A program made the translations under genes and the position numbers. This document shows positions 25,600-39,627 of a stretch of 64,000 nucleotides of DNA, piece by piece. Position 1 is the first letter of the stretch, and each line of letters begins with the position of its first letter. Under the pieces are notes generated by a model. The model was not told the origin of the DNA, ran no database searches, and saw only the letters and a list, made by a program, of their open reading frames with translations. The DNA comes from Heptranchias perlo (Eukaryota), in the NCBI RefSeq assembly GCF_035084215.1, contig NC_090326.1, positions 159,464,001-159,528,000 on the forward strand, given 5' to 3'.

Positions 25600-26170
25600 G
25601 TTAGGGAATGAATAACCACTCCCAGTCAGTCTCCAGGAATACGGTGATACCGTTTGTGTCAATTTCTCCTTATCGCCCCTCTGGCTCTTTTGCCAATTAT
25701 CTTAAATCTGTGTCCAATAGTTACCGACCCTCCTGCCAGTGGAAAGAGTTTCTCCCCATCTATACCAAAAACTCAATTTTGAACACTAATATTAAATCTC
25801 CCCATAACCGTCTCTACTCCAAGGAGAACAATCCCAGCTTCTCTACTCTTCACATAACTGAAGTCCCTCATCTCTGGTATCATTCCGGTAAATCTCCTCT
25901 GCACCCTCTCCAAAGCCTTGACACCCTTTCTAAAGCATGGTGCCCAGAATTGGACACAATAATCTAACTGAGGCCTAACCCGTGATTTAGAAAGGTTTAG
26001 CATAACTTTCTTGCCTTTGTACTCTGTGCCTCTATTTATAAAGCCAAGGATCCCATATGCTGTTTTTTTAAAAACAGCCTTCTCAACTTGTCAACTTGTC
26101 CTGCCGCCTACAAAGATTTGTGCCATGAGAACCCTCAGGTCTTTTTGTTCCTGCACCCCCTTCAAAATTG
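25600..26170 (-). mobile_element. CR1 fragment
   Basis: ORF 25773..26003 has VRPQLDYCVQFWAP..LERVQRRFT. Confidence 0.85.
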
Positions 26171-28047
26171 TAAATATATATATATATCTCAAGATAAACA
26201 ATTCTATGTCATGAATTGATAGAAAACTACTTCCGGGCCATAGCTGCATCAGTTCTGATGAGGTTAATGCATTTCCTTCCAGTTTCTTTTAAAAGCTCAG
26301 GTGAGCAACAAAACAAAATCGGAAGCTGACAAACCTGGGTAACGAATTGATGATCCGACAATTTTAATTGTGAGCTTCAGGCCACTGTTCGGAAACACTT
26401 AAGACCTGAATCAGAAAACAGGATAAAATCTCAGGAACAATTTAAATCACCCGCTTCAAGTACGAGTCGCATTTGACAGTCGAGATTTGCACTCGACGTT
26501 CAAAGTAAATCTCCTGCTATTCATACAAGTGCAAATGCAATAGCAAGACACACATATCATAAATAGATGAAAAAAATTCCTTTCCCTAACCTCCCACCCC
26601 TCCACGCAACTATCAGTGTCATGCAACATTCCCCAACAGCGAGGATGAGTGTGCAGGCTGCTCCCCAGCTTTGGATAACCTTTGCTCAGTCCAACCCCTA
26701 ATAGCATTCCAGCAATAATTCACCCACCCACCAATTTCCCATCCTGATTGATAGTGTCAATCGAGATCTTATTGGGAATTTTAAGCAAGAATCTTTCTGC
26801 AAAGCTGAATACAATTTGGCAGATTGCCATTGAAACAGTGCTTTTACTGAGGTTGTAAAATTCTACAGATGAGTTGCAGCCCCTTGCTAAATTCAAAACA
26901 AGACTGCATCGGCATATTCTAGAGGATCTTCAACCCCCTTTCATATATGCAGGATCTGAAGTTAATGTACTTCTAACGACTGCTAAATGAATTATTTTCA
27001 TTTGAACGAAGGAACCACCTTAGTTTTAAATTATGGCTCATTTGAACTGAATTTGCTATTATTTAAACTGAATTTCAATGAACTCAATAATAAATTAGCA
27101 AACCGACATATGTCACAGGTTGTGTCTTGTTCAGGTCTGTATGAATGTGCAGGATTCCATCCAGGCCACAACAGGAAGGAGCTACATAATGAAACTGCCT
27201 CAAATTTGGTGTACACACTACTGATTGTTACTAATATCACACAGCGGGATTTCAAACACATTAATTTGTCTGCATGAAATTCTTCTGTCTGCTGTTTTAA
27301 CAAAGGCATTGACACAGGTTAAAAGAATGGGCAAAAGAATTTCATGTGAACATGTTACATATCACACAGCATGATGTCAACCCATATTTAATCTGGGAGA
27401 AATGACCTTTCCCTAATTGTGTGAACTCAGTTATTTAACAATGTAACTGCACTAGTCTACTTGTATGAGGATGATTTAAAAGAATATTCGTTCTCAGGAT
27501 GTGAGCGATGCTGGCAAGGCTGCATTTATTGCCCATCACTAGCAGTCCTGCTTTCCAGTAAAACAAAAGTTTGACCTACTTTGTGCTTAGCAACAGCTTC
27601 AAGCTCTTCAAATCAGGTTCAGCGCAATTAAGATGACATCAGTAAGATATGTGAGCAATCAAATTACGTCCCGCCACCAGTGGCACTTCAGAGTGATCAA
27701 AAGTCCGATGTTGCCTGATTGCCCACACCTGCCAAGATATCACTGACCATTTCTGCAGGCCCTGGCACATCTTCCTGACAATGACTGTGAAAAGTTGGCT
27801 CCGAACTTCTCTTCCTCCTGCAATTCTCAGGTTCCTCAAACTGATTCTTGGTATCATCCAATCAGTACGTCCTGATTTGTCTTCTCTTTTACTCTTCCCA
27901 ACCGTGATGGATTCCTGGACTGTCGGCCTTGGCCCTTCTCAATAAACTGTTACGGCCACGTGGACGCTGCAGCAATCCACACCATATCCAGACACAGTGA
28001 CCCTTGTGTTTACCAGGTATGAAAAGAAGCCTCGCCAAAACACCACA

Positions 28048-28051
<4 letters not shown>

Positions 28052-28089
<38 letters not shown>
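28052..28089. repeat. (AC)n microsatellite
   Basis: Read directly from the sequence. Confidence 0.97.
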
Positions 28090-28092
<3 letters not shown>

Positions 28093-28912
28093 CTGCATTT
28101 AATGTTGGCCCTCAAGGAGCCTATTATCATCCAGAACATGAACCTTTGACTTAACTGGACACAAATGTCACTGTTTCCCAATTTATAACCTTTTTATAGT
28201 CCCAGTTGCCATTAGCAACAAAGCTGGATTGATAAAATGTGAATCATTAGTTCCTCCTGCCTAAAACTCATACGTTTGCATTAGCCTTTCTATTTTTAAC
28301 ATAAGTAAGTTTCACTAACCTTTGGGGGAGGGGCATGAAAATATTTATAATGCTGATGGATTTTTTTTAAAAGCCTCGTATTCATTATTCTCCACATGCC
28401 AACTGAATTTGTCCACGCTGAAGTATATTTGATTTATTTTCTATGTCAATAGATGTAAAATTTAAAAGCTTTTTTTTATAAACTACTATAAATCTCTGCA
28501 GAGTGAATGTCACCTTCAAAACAAGTTATGAGGAAATATCAACCACATGAACATCTTTGTTTCTTTTCTAAGTAGTGGGTGTTGATAATACTGATGATGG
28601 GGAGCAGTTACTGAGCCTGGCAGCATGAGGGAGCTGAAAATACACACTGATTGCTGTAGCACTCTCGGTTTAATGCCTCGAGTGTCTCTAATGATATTGA
28701 TTCAGCTCCCTCATTCTGTCTCAAATTAGCTCCCTCAATTAGCCCATTATTCAGCAGTCACAATATTTTTTTTTAAAGGGAGCAAGGAGGTGATTAAAGT
28801 TGCCCGTAATTCTTTGTAACCGTTTAGTTTTTAGAAACAGAGGCCATAACAGTGACAGGGGAACTCAAAAGATAGGACTAAAAGGGAAGGAAAGTCTCTT
28901 TTGGATCAAACT

Positions 28913-29360
28913 GTTTCCCCATTTTATATATAACAAAATTATATACATATGACATTTTAAAATGTTTGTAAAAAATGCACATTTTATTACCCCCAAGAAA
29001 GACTTTGAAATCAAGGCTGCCTCCCTGCCAGAACCCTCCGATGTGGTAACCGATGGGAAGTGCCCCAGAACGACAATGTAGGAAACGTGAAGGGGAAGGA
29101 GGGGGCACGCTCAAGCTGCAGAACTCTGAAACCAGGATGCCGGCTAGGGTTGCAAATTCCAAGCCTGTAGCAAGGTTTCTTTGAAGTCCTACAGCTGTGG
29201 ATTCACTCCTGCAGCAGCTCTGGGATGTTGCCCCGGTGAGCCTAGCAGGAAGGGAGGACATCACTTGAGGGTCTCTTTAAGGATGAGGAAATACACATTT
29301 TTACAAAAAGTTCAAACATGTCGTGAGTTTATAACTTTTCTATATATAAAATGAGGGAAT
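28913..29360. mobile_element. Decayed palindromic MITE-like element
   Basis: Imperfect terminal inverted repeats of ~90 bp (ttccccattttatatataac... / ...ctatatataaaatgagggaa) with weaker complementarity continuing inward. Confidence 0.6.
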
Positions 29361-31175
29361 AGAATTACATAGAATGTACAGCACTGAATCAGGCCACTCG
29401 ACTCAACAGGTCCATGCCGGTGTTTATGCTCCCCACAAGCCTCCTCCCACCCTTCTTTATCTAACCCTATCAACGTAGTCCTTTCTATTTCATGTGTTTA
29501 TCTAGCTTCCCCTTAAATGCAGCAATGCTATTTGCCTCAACTACTGCTTGTGGTAGCGAGTTCCATATTCTCACCACTCTCTATGAGTAAAGAAGTTTCT
29601 CCTAAATTCCCTATTGGATTTATTAGTGACTACCTTATATTTATGGCCCCTAGTTCTAGTCTCCCCCACATGTGGAAACATCTTCTCTAACCTATCAAAC
29701 CCTTTCATAATCTTAAAGGCCTCGATCAGGTCAGCCCTCAGTCTTCTCTTTTCTAGAGAGTACAGCCCCAGTCTGGTCAATCTTTCCTGATAGATATAAT
29801 CTCTCAGTTCTGGTATCATCCTAGTAAATCTTTCTTGCACCTTCTCCAGTGTCTCTATATCCTTTTTATAATATGGAGACCAGAACTGTTCGCAGTACTC
29901 CTAAGTGTGGTATAACCAAGGTTCTATACAAGTTTAACATAATTTTCCAGCTTTTCAATTTTATCCCTCTAGAAATGAACCCCAGTGCTTTGTTTGCTTT
30001 TTTTTTAAATGGCCTTATTAACCTGTGTCGCTACTTTTATTGATTTGTGTATCTGTGTACCCTCCAGGTCCCTCTGCACCTCTACCAATTTAAACTCTTA
30101 TTTTCCAAGAAGTATGTGGCCCCCATATTTTTCCTACCAAAATGTACCACCTCACACATATCCATGTTGAAATTCATTTGCCAATTACACACCCATTCTG
30201 CAAGTTTGTTAATGTCTTCCTGTATTTCATCGCAATCCTCCTCAGTATTAACTATACCCCCCAATTTGGTGTAGTCTGCAAATTTTCGATTGCCGAGTCC
30301 AAATCGTTTATATCAATGCTGAACAACAGTGGTCCCAGCACTGATCCCTGTGGAACACCACTTCTCACCTTTTGCCAGTCCGAATAACTACCTTTAACTC
30401 CTGCTCTCTGCTTTGTAGACAGCTTACTATCCATTCTGCCACTTGTCCCCTGACTCCACATATTCTGACCTTAGTCATGAGTCTACAATGCGGTATCTTA
30501 TCGAAGGCCTTTTGAAAATCCAAATATATTACATCTACTGCATTCCCTTGTCTACCCTTTCTGTTACTACTTCAAAGAATTCAGTAAGGTTGGTCAAGCA
30601 TGACTTTCCCTTTTGAAATCCGTGCTGACTATTCTTTATTATATTTTCAGTTTCTAGATGTGTTTCTCTTACATCTTTGAGTAAAGATGCCATTATCTTT
30701 CCTTCCACCGACGTTAAGCTAATTAGTCTATAGTTCCCTGGACTTGTACTATCTTCTCTTTTTAAATATAGGAATCACATTAACTGTCTGCCAGTCCTCT
30801 GGCACTATTCCCTTTTCTAATTAATTTTTATATATATGTAACAGTGCCTCTGCTATCTCTTCCCTAACTTATTTTAATATGCACGAATGCAATCCATCCA
30901 GACCAGGGGTTTTAGTCTCTCTAAGTTTGATTAGTTCATCTATTATCTCCCCCCCACTCTATCTTAAAATGTCTTTATATCTTTTTTGATCATGTTAGTC
31001 TCCCAGGTAAATACTGAGGCAAAGTAATTATTTAATATTTCTGGCATTTTGCTGTCATTACCTGTGAATTTATCATCTGTATCCCTTAATGGCCCTATCC
31101 CTATCCTGATTTTTCTTTTGTTATTTATGTGTCTGTAGAATACTTTACTATTTCTTTTTATATTCCTTGATAATT
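29360..31175 (-). mobile_element. Degraded CR1 ORF2 and 3'UTR
   Basis: ORFs 30964..31257, 30252..30461, 30082..30264 and 29571..29840 carry successive CR1 RT motifs. Confidence 0.9.
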
Positions 31176-33067
31176 TAATGTAATACTTTGAACAAAAATA
31201 CTCACCTAGAATTTCTTTCTCATTTAACCTCAAAATGGTACTGTTACTTTTGAACATACAAAATTATAAATCACAATGGAACAAACAGTAAGTACGATTC
31301 ACTTAACACAGTATGAAACTTACAATAGATTTACTGGTTAGGAGGAGGAAAGTATAATATATAGTACTTGTGAGAAATTTTTTTCTTACACAAGACCTCT
31401 AGCATCAGACTATAAATAACCAAACTTTAGAAATACCAGCACTGAGTACCCTAATGACATAGGAGGTAAAAAGGCATTGCCCAGTGCAATACTCAGCTAT
31501 ATCAATCACAAGGTCCTAGGTTCGACCTTCAGCATGAGTTAGCTGATCTAAGCCAGGGCACTACAACAGTTGTGATCTGGAATGCATTGCCTGAAAGGCT
31601 GGTGGAAGCTGATTCAATAGTAACTTTCAAAAAGGAACTGGATATATACTTCGAAAAGTTAAAATTTGGAGGGCTATGGGGAAACAGCGGGAGAGTGGGA
31701 CTAATTGGGTAGCTCTTTCAAAGAGCCTGCACAGGCATGACGGGCTGAATGGCCTCCATCTGTGCTGTATGATTCTATGAACTAGCTCCATCGATAGGAA
31801 AGTGGCATTGTGGCCGGGGGCGGGGGCGGGGGGGGGAAATCCATGAGGGTACGGTTTCTGCTCATTGCCCATTGACTCCTACTGGAAAGGATGTGCAAGT
31901 GTTGGATGAAGACAGATCAGGCTTGCCTTACATAACCCCTCCCTCATGAAAAAATAGACTGTTGACACTGTTTAGGCTCACTCATGATGAATGGACATTT
32001 GGTTACGGTGCCGCAGAGCTTTCTAGCAAGCACAGAGCTGTAACCCAGCCTTCGGGACGGAGTGGGAGAAAAGGGTAGAAAGGTGGAAAAATAATGCATT
32101 AATAGAACCATTCGGTACCTCACATTATTATCCAGTGGCAGCCCTCCACATTCCAACACATTCCCACAAATACACATGGAGACTGGTACCTATAAATGCA
32201 GGTATGCAATAAAGCAGCTCTGCAAATTTCATTCTGTAGCTTTTTTACGAGAACATTTGGAGTAAGGATTCATTTTTTTGAAACAAGCAAACTTTTGACT
32301 CCAGCTTCATCCAATGATATATGTTCATAATCAACACTGCAAGATTTAGCATCACAATTTGTGTCAAGGTTATATTTCTGATCTTCCTATACCTCGGGAG
32401 AGCAGCTGGGTAATGAAGTCATTGCATGAAAAAGTGATTCAGGGCTGCAAAAATCATTCTTGCACCTTCAGTCACACAACTGAAACTAAAACAACTGGGT
32501 TTTGGGTAGCTGGTGTTTTGGTAGGAAGATCAGTTAAGATTAGCCTTTTCCTTGCAAATCAGTTACTTCTGTGTTCATCTGAAGTACCGCTGCCAAGTTT
32601 GTGAAGGTGCTGAGAGCTGACAGCTCCTGAACTCAGGAGGAGGAGGAGGAGGAGTCATATGATGAACACTGGGATCCACATCTTAATAATGGAATGTTAA
32701 TGGTAACGGTACTGGCTTACTAACAATAGAGTGTAAGTGGTTAAATTATTGTACATCAGACTGTCGAAGTTAACGTGAATCATTTAACAAAAGCTAAACA
32801 TGGCTTTGATCTATTCACTGGTCCTTGGGGCGGGCTTGAACAAAACACCCTCAGGCAGCATAAACACAGTTTTCAATTCATGCGCTTAGCTTCTGAGTAA
32901 CAACATTTCATATTTATAAAGCAGTTTAAAACACAGTCGAATAATAAAAAAATACAATACAAAGACCGTTCACAGATCTGTTCTAAAAAAACAATACACC
33001 AAAAATGTTATATGTAATCAAGATAAAAGTACTTGCTGGGAATAAAAGGGGAACAAAAGAGCCTTAC

Positions 33068-33125
33068 CTGGAGTCCTGTTTATTTCCACATCAAAGTAGC
33101 ATTGCGGGCGGTTCTTCACCCCCAT
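33068..33125 (-). CDS. NKTR: NKTR-type cyclophilin, first coding exon (exon 2-equivalent), MGVKNRPQCYFDVEINRTP; whole exon 33068-33148 includes 23 nt of 5'UTR
   Basis: Minus strand reads tctag|gtgtgcacagagtgtataccgtgATGGGGGTGAAG...ACTCCAG|gtaagg. There are 58 coding nt ending in phase 1, and the peptide matches the NKTR N-terminus (MGAQDRPQCHFDIEINREP). The symbol is given on family resemblance; orthology is not proven. Confidence 0.9.
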
Positions 33126-34917
33126 CACGGTATACACTCTGTGCACACCTAGATCAGAACAAAGAGGAGCAGGTTGGCAAGATCGTTGTACGAATCCCGG
33201 CTGAAACTCAAAGCTGCTTTGCTATAGAAAGAGGCCTCCTCTTGAAGTCTTGCAAGCATCTATTCTCTCTCCATCCCCCCCACCCCCACCTTTCTGCTAA
33301 GCCAATTCTGATGCAAGCAAAGGCAGCACATCCCTCCTTCCTTATGCTCATGCCTCGCAGCACGTGAATGAACTGCTCAGAGGAAAGGGGAGGGGGGTGG
33401 GGGTGAAGATACAACTCTGCGAGAGCGTGAGAGATATAAATTTATATATGCAAACTCATCTATTTTGAATAGCGTCCCTACCAGCCCATTAAACAGGCAC
33501 TTGAAGACAACCACTGTTCTGTAATTAAGCAGGCTGTTGTACTGAACTGGTGAAGGAGCATTAATTGAAGGAACTAAACAAGAAGGCAGCACAACTGTAT
33601 GAAATGAACTCATAAATATACACAACCATTGCATATGCAGTGTTATGGAAAATGAAAAGGACTTTTGTAATATAAAAAAAATCACAGCTCTTGAATCTTG
33701 ACTGCCAACACTTTACGCAACCGGCAAAAAAAGTGAAATTAAGACTTGTAAAATGAAACTGAACCCAAAAGAAGAGTTAGAAATAGAAAGCTTAGATTCA
33801 TTCTGACTGCATTTTTAAAAAAATTTAAGCGTTGAAACAAACTACCAAAAGGACTGCTCTGCTCCCTCTGGGTATTATACACGCACATTTTCACAAATTT
33901 ATTACCGTAACTCTGGTTGCCAATAACAGTAAAAGGGTCTTCCCAGGAGAGTTGAACATTCTTTCTGCTAACATACTGAGCTGCACTGAACTACCAAGTT
34001 CACAAGTTATTTTTACACAGGTGCCTGGGACTATGGGAGAACCAGCTCGAGCAAAGACTCTCTAATCCACAAGCACCACATCCTACTTTTTGTACCGACA
34101 GTGGGGAAGGTTACCACTGGATCTCGTGCTGCAAAATTGTTTTTAAAAAATGTTTGCAAAGAATGGATTTAGAATTTTGCCACAGGTAGTGCACAGAGGG
34201 ACCACCCACGACTGGGCATCACCACCCACGTTGCAGGATTGACAGAAAGTGGTGCTCGTTTTCTAAATCTCTGACCTGCATCCTTGGGAGTGCAGGGAAA
34301 GTTGGGTCCCTGTTGGAGGCGTGCTGCTTGTATGGTACAGTTGCTGTTGGTGCCAGGAGTGATGTGCTTCTGCCACCGATAGCACGCTACCAATGTAAAA
34401 ATACCAACAGTGTCGCAGTATCAACAGAAAATCTACCAAAGCCACATGTCCTCAACTCTGATGACTCCAGACTCAAGTGGAGTCTTAAAGGCATGTTTAC
34501 ACGACCGAACTGTGTCCGGTGGAAATGTTTCTGCACTGGTGAAGCTGCTGGGAATCTGGGTGTAATCATAGCACCAGTGAAGCTATGAGTTGTTTAGAAA
34601 TCTTGTTTGCGATTTGGAAGATTCTGACCCTGCACGTTCCCCGCTATCATTCTGACCTGTAGGATGGGGCTTAGCTCTGCGCCCACCCACACTCGGGAGA
34701 CACATTGGACGGTAGTGTAGAGCAGCAGCGAAGACAGCCACTGAGGTTTGCTTACTGTGGTACTCTCCTTCTGGGGATCCAATGGAAAGCTCCCCTGTGA
34801 GAGGGCGGGCTCAATGTCACCACAGGCACGAACTTACCTTGCTTATATTACAAGGCTGTCTCCAGAGGCAATGCTGCGATATAAATGCAGCATTATTATG
34901 TAAAAAGGCCTTGTCCA

Positions 34918-37270
34918 ATCATAGTATCATAGTAGGTACAGCACAGGAAGAAGCCATTTGGCCCATCGTGCCTGTGCTGGCTCTATCCAATTAGTCCCAT
35001 TCCCATCTCTTTCCCCATTGCCCTGTAATTTTTTTCCCTTCAACTATTTATCTAATTCCCTTTTGAAAGTTACTATTTAATCTGCTTCCACCGCCCTTTC
35101 AGGCAGTGCATTCCAGATCATTACAACTTGTTGTGTTAAAAAATGTTTCCTCATGTCACCTCAAGCCCTTTTGATGATCACCTTAAATCTGTGCCCTTTG
35201 GTTACTCACCTTTCTGCCACTGTAAACAGTTTCTCCTTATTTACTCTATTAAAACCATTCATGATCTTGAACACCTATATCAAATCTCCCTTTAACTGTC
35301 TCTGTTCAAACAGCAACTTGCATTTATATAGCACCTTTAACGCAGTAAAGCGTCCCAAAGTGCTTCACAGAAGAGTTATCAAACAAAATTTGGCACCGAG
35401 CCACATGAGATATTAGGACAGGTGACCAAAAGCTTGGTCAAACAGGTGGGTTTTAAGGAGCGTCTTAAAGGAGGAGAGAGAGGTAGAGAGGCGGAGAGGT
35501 TTAGGGAAGGAATTCCAGAGCTTAGGGCCGAAGCAGCTGAAGGCACGACCTCCAACGGTGGAGCGATTAAAATCGGGGACGCGCAAGAATTGCAGGAGCG
35601 CAGAGATCTCGGAGGGTTGTAGGGCTGGAGGAGTTTACAAAGATAGAGAGGGGCGAGGGATTTGAAATCAAGGATGAGAATTTTAAAATCGAGGCGTTCC
35701 CGGACCAGGAGCCAGTGTAGGTTAGCGAGCACAGGGGCGATGGGTGAACGGGATTTAGTGCAATTTAGGATATTGGCAGCACAGTTTTGGATGAGCTCAA
35801 GTTTATGGAGGGTGGAAGATGGAAATCTGGCCAGGAGAGCATTGAAAGAGTCAAGCCTAGAGGTAACAAAGCCATGGATGAGGGTTTTAGCAGATAAGCT
35901 GAGGCAGGGGCGGAGACAGGAGACATTATGGAGGTGGAAGTAGGCAGTCTTGGTGACGAAGCGGCTATATGGTCGGAAGTTCAATTCAGAGTTAAATAGG
36001 ACGCCAAGGTTGCGAGCAGTCTGGTTCAGCCTCAGAAAGTGGCCAGGGAGAGGGATGGAGTCGGTGGCTATGGAACGGAGTTTGTGGCGGGGACCGAAGA
36101 CAGTGGCTTTGGTCTTCCCAATATTTAATTGAAGGAAATTTCTGCTCATCCAGCATTGGATGTCAGACAAGCAGCGTGACAAATCAGCGGCAGTGGAGGG
36201 ATCCAGGGAGGTGATGGTGAGGTAGAGCTGAATATCGTCAGCGTACATGTGCAACCTGATGTCGTGTTTTCGGTTGATGTCGCCGAGGAACAGCATGTAG
36301 ATGAGAAATAGGAGGGAGCCAAGGATAGATCCTTGGGGGACTCCAGATGAGAAGCCATTGCAGGTGATTCTCTGGCTACAACTGGATAGATAAGAATGGA
36401 ACTAGGTAAGCGCAGTCCCACCCAGCTGCACGATGGAGGAGAGGCGTTGGAGGAGGATGGTGTGGTCGCGAAGGATGAGGAGGGATAGTTTACCATGGTC
36501 ACAGTCACATAAGATGTCATTTGTGACTTTGATAAGGGCCGTTTCAGTAACAGTGGCAGGGGCTGGAACCTGATTGGAGGGGTTCAAACATGGAGTTGTG
36601 AAAGATGGGTACAGATTTGGGAGGCGACAACACGTTAAAGGACTTCGGAAATGGGGTAGTAGTTTGCAAGGACAGAGGGGTCACGGGTGGGTTTTTTTTG
36701 AGGGGGGTGAAGACGGAGAACAACCCCAGGTTCTCCAGTCTCTGCACATAACTGAAATCCCTCATCCCTGGCAACATTCTAGTAAATCTCTTCTGCATTC
36801 TCTCTAAAGCCTCGACATCCTTCCTAAAGTGTGGTGCCCAGAATTGAACACAATACTCCAGCTGAGGCCTAACCAATGTTTTATAAAGGTTTAGCATTTA
36901 CTTTTGTACTATATGTCTCTGTTTATAAAGCCCAGGATCCCATGTGCTTTTTTAAAACTGCATTCTCGACTTGTCCTGCCACCTTCAAAGATGTATGTGC
37001 ACCCCCAGGTCTCTCTGTTCCTCCATCCCCTTTAAAATTGTACAATTTCATTTATATTGCCTCTCCTCATTCTTCCTACCAAAATAGATCACTTCACACT
37101 TCTCTGCGTTTAATTTCATCTGCCATGTGTCTGCCCATTTCACCTGTCTGCATGTCCTCCTGAAGTCTGTTACTATCCTCCACATTGTTTACATTTCCAA
37201 GTTTCGTATCATCTGCAAACTTTGAAATTACACCCTCTATACCCAAGGCCACATCATTAATATATATCAA
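34918..37270 (-). mobile_element. CR1 3' part split into ~34918-35308 and ~36716-37270 by an L2 insertion
   Basis: ORF 36544..36897 begins with CR1 motifs; the sequence ctctgttc|...|ggagaacaacccc is contiguous in other CR1 copies (e.g. ~40906-40930). Confidence 0.85.
35309..36715 (-). mobile_element. L2-clade LINE, RT and 3' end
   Basis: ORF 35379..36296 has HMYADDIQLY, WMSRNFLQLNIGKTK, NLGVLF, FVTSRLD and LHWL..R..FKIL. The end ggtgctatataaatgcaagttgctg is L2-type. Confidence 0.9.
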
Positions 37271-37814
37271 AAAGATGTAATGTAATTTGAATTATTTCGT
37301 AACTTAAATCTTATCTTTTTAAAAGAGGGTGGTGAAGAAGAAAAAAAAAGATATAGTAAAAAATAAACAGACACACATTGCAGGAGCGCAGCATACAACT
37401 GCAATCTGCGGTGTAAACGGTCTGACGCTCAGAGAAGTGATGGCATTGTAGACTCAAGAAAATGTGGGTTCATGAATCTGCCGCTGGATTAAAGTCAGCC
37501 AATTCTCAAAACAAACGGAGGGAGCCAGTCTTCCAGTTCTGCATTCAATCGCAATCAGGCCTGCACATCGCACAAAAGAGCCCCACAGATCAAGAGCTGA
37601 ATGAAACGTGTGAAATGGGGAGAGTGGCAAACATAGTTTGCTCTCCCAAGACTAGAACAATTTTATGACACAAGTATGAACCAAGCAAGATGACCTTTCC
37701 TCTCTCATTTGCCCCCATCTACCACGCACTTTTAATTTAACTGCCTCCTACCTTTACTGAACAACCCAGAGTCCATGAGACACATTTAAATCAGGAGCGG
37801 AAGTCACATTTATC

Positions 37815-38218
37815 AGGACACTTTGCATAAACTTAGCTTGTGTTCCCTTGAGTTTAGAATGTTGAGGGGGTGATCTAATCAAGATATTTAAAATTATAAT
37901 AGGATTCAATAGGGCACATACAGAGAAACTTTCCACTGGTGGGGGAATCCAGAACAAGGGGGCATAACCTTAAAATTACAGCTAGGCCATTTAGGAGTGA
38001 AATCAGGAGTCACTTTTTCACAAAACAGTAGTGAAAATCTGGAACTCGCTCCTCCAAAGGATGTGGATGTAGGGTCAGTTAAAATCTTCAGACTGTGATC
38101 CATATATTTTTGTTCGGTAAGGGTATTAAGGAATATGGTTTGAGGTACATTGAGCCATGATCTGATTGAATGGCAGAACAGGCTCAAAAGACTGAATGGC
38201 CTACTCTTGCTCCTATGT
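37815..38218 (+). mobile_element. CR1 3' fragment
   Basis: ttgagggggtgatctaatc and gggcataaccttaaaatt motifs, CR1 3'UTR; a similar copy is at ~51265-51650. Confidence 0.75.
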
Positions 38219-39627
38219 TGCTATAGCAAACAAGCTCTGCTGACAGCCAGGAGAAGTACTGTGGAAGATATCACTATCAGACAGCTGTTACTGCATAATT
38301 GTTCTACTTACAGACCAATGGGGAGCCACCTTTTCATATCGTTGCTTCTACAGCAAAAAAAACTTTCATACGGACTGTGCGTTAAAGAGAAAAAATTCCC
38401 TGTTCAGGTTGTTTTTTTTTTAAAGCAGATCAACAATGTGGCAATTAACTGTGGCTCAGCTGACATGCTCTACAAAGATTCCCTGCCGATGTCCATGGAA
38501 TATTTCAGCTGGCAGCAGCAAGCTAGATACTGAGACATCATCAGCCCAGCCTCTATACGAGTTGGGAATTAGGTGCTGTTCCATCCAGAAAGCATAGGAG
38601 ATAGAACTTAAAAGTGAAATAATTACAGGGTCCCATTTTAATTACACAAATCATGGTGTTGGCTAAATAAAATGTAAATACATGAACAACAACATTAACC
38701 CATTAGCAAGTCGGTTTTATGCTTAAAAAATGTTTTTAATTTGCTAGACGCATACAGACGTACCAAGAGGCGGCAAGTAATTTTGTGCAGAGGTTGCCGC
38801 AGAGCGCCCATGTAAAATACAATGAAATGCGAGTAGTGGTGCTTCACACACAGCACTCCTATCGTCTCAGCCTCCTCCGAGTGGGGGCCATGGAAATTAA
38901 ATACACTGTGGGGGGGCATGGTGCGATAGGATCTAGGATTGTTACTGTAGCAAAATACCAGACGTGCGATCCCTTGATGGAGCAATGAGTACAAATACAT
39001 ACATCTTAGTGGGGCTTTCTTTGCATGCAACTGAGTTTTGCATGCGACAGTCTGCCCACTCAGGTGGACATAAAAGATCCCAAGGCACTATTTTAAAAGA
39101 AATTGGCTGCTGCGTTTCCTACATTTTAACAGTGACTACACTTCAAAAGTACTCCATTGGCTTTAAAGCGCTTTGGAACATCGTGAGATCATGAAAGGCG
39201 CTACAGAAATGCAAGTTCTTTCTTTCTTACCAGCCTAGTTTATCTGGGTAATCGGAAATGATCCAAAATGTTCTCTCCGCCTGTACTCACATCTTGAGGG
39301 GAGTGATTTTTAAAGTTTTTTTTTGCAGTTTCCAAGTATTTTCAGTATGGAGATCAGACTAGTACCAATCAGAATTGAAGTAAAACAGATAACTAGAGAG
39401 AGGATGACACGTACACAATACCCTGCACATAATACGTCCCTCTTCACAGGAGACTGAAAGACACCAAGCGGGAGGTGGGGGAGAAATTACTGGAGCTGAC
39501 CGGATGGACTTTTGGAGAGGCAGGTTTTTAATGAAGTGTGTGAAGGTGATGAGAGGGGTTAGAGAGCAAGGCAGAGGGGTTAGGAAGACAGTCTCAGATT
39601 GCATAAATGAGCGGTTGAAAAATAGAA

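Noticed and set aside
1001-33125. Calling the gene PPIG
   Set aside because: First-exon length and the [14 protein letters not shown] and DENF.LKHDR residues fit NKTR better; the remaining ambiguity is reported as a finding.
34169-34782. Coding exon in the unique 34.2-34.8 kb block
   Set aside because: Only short ORFs occur on either strand, and no domain is recognisable.
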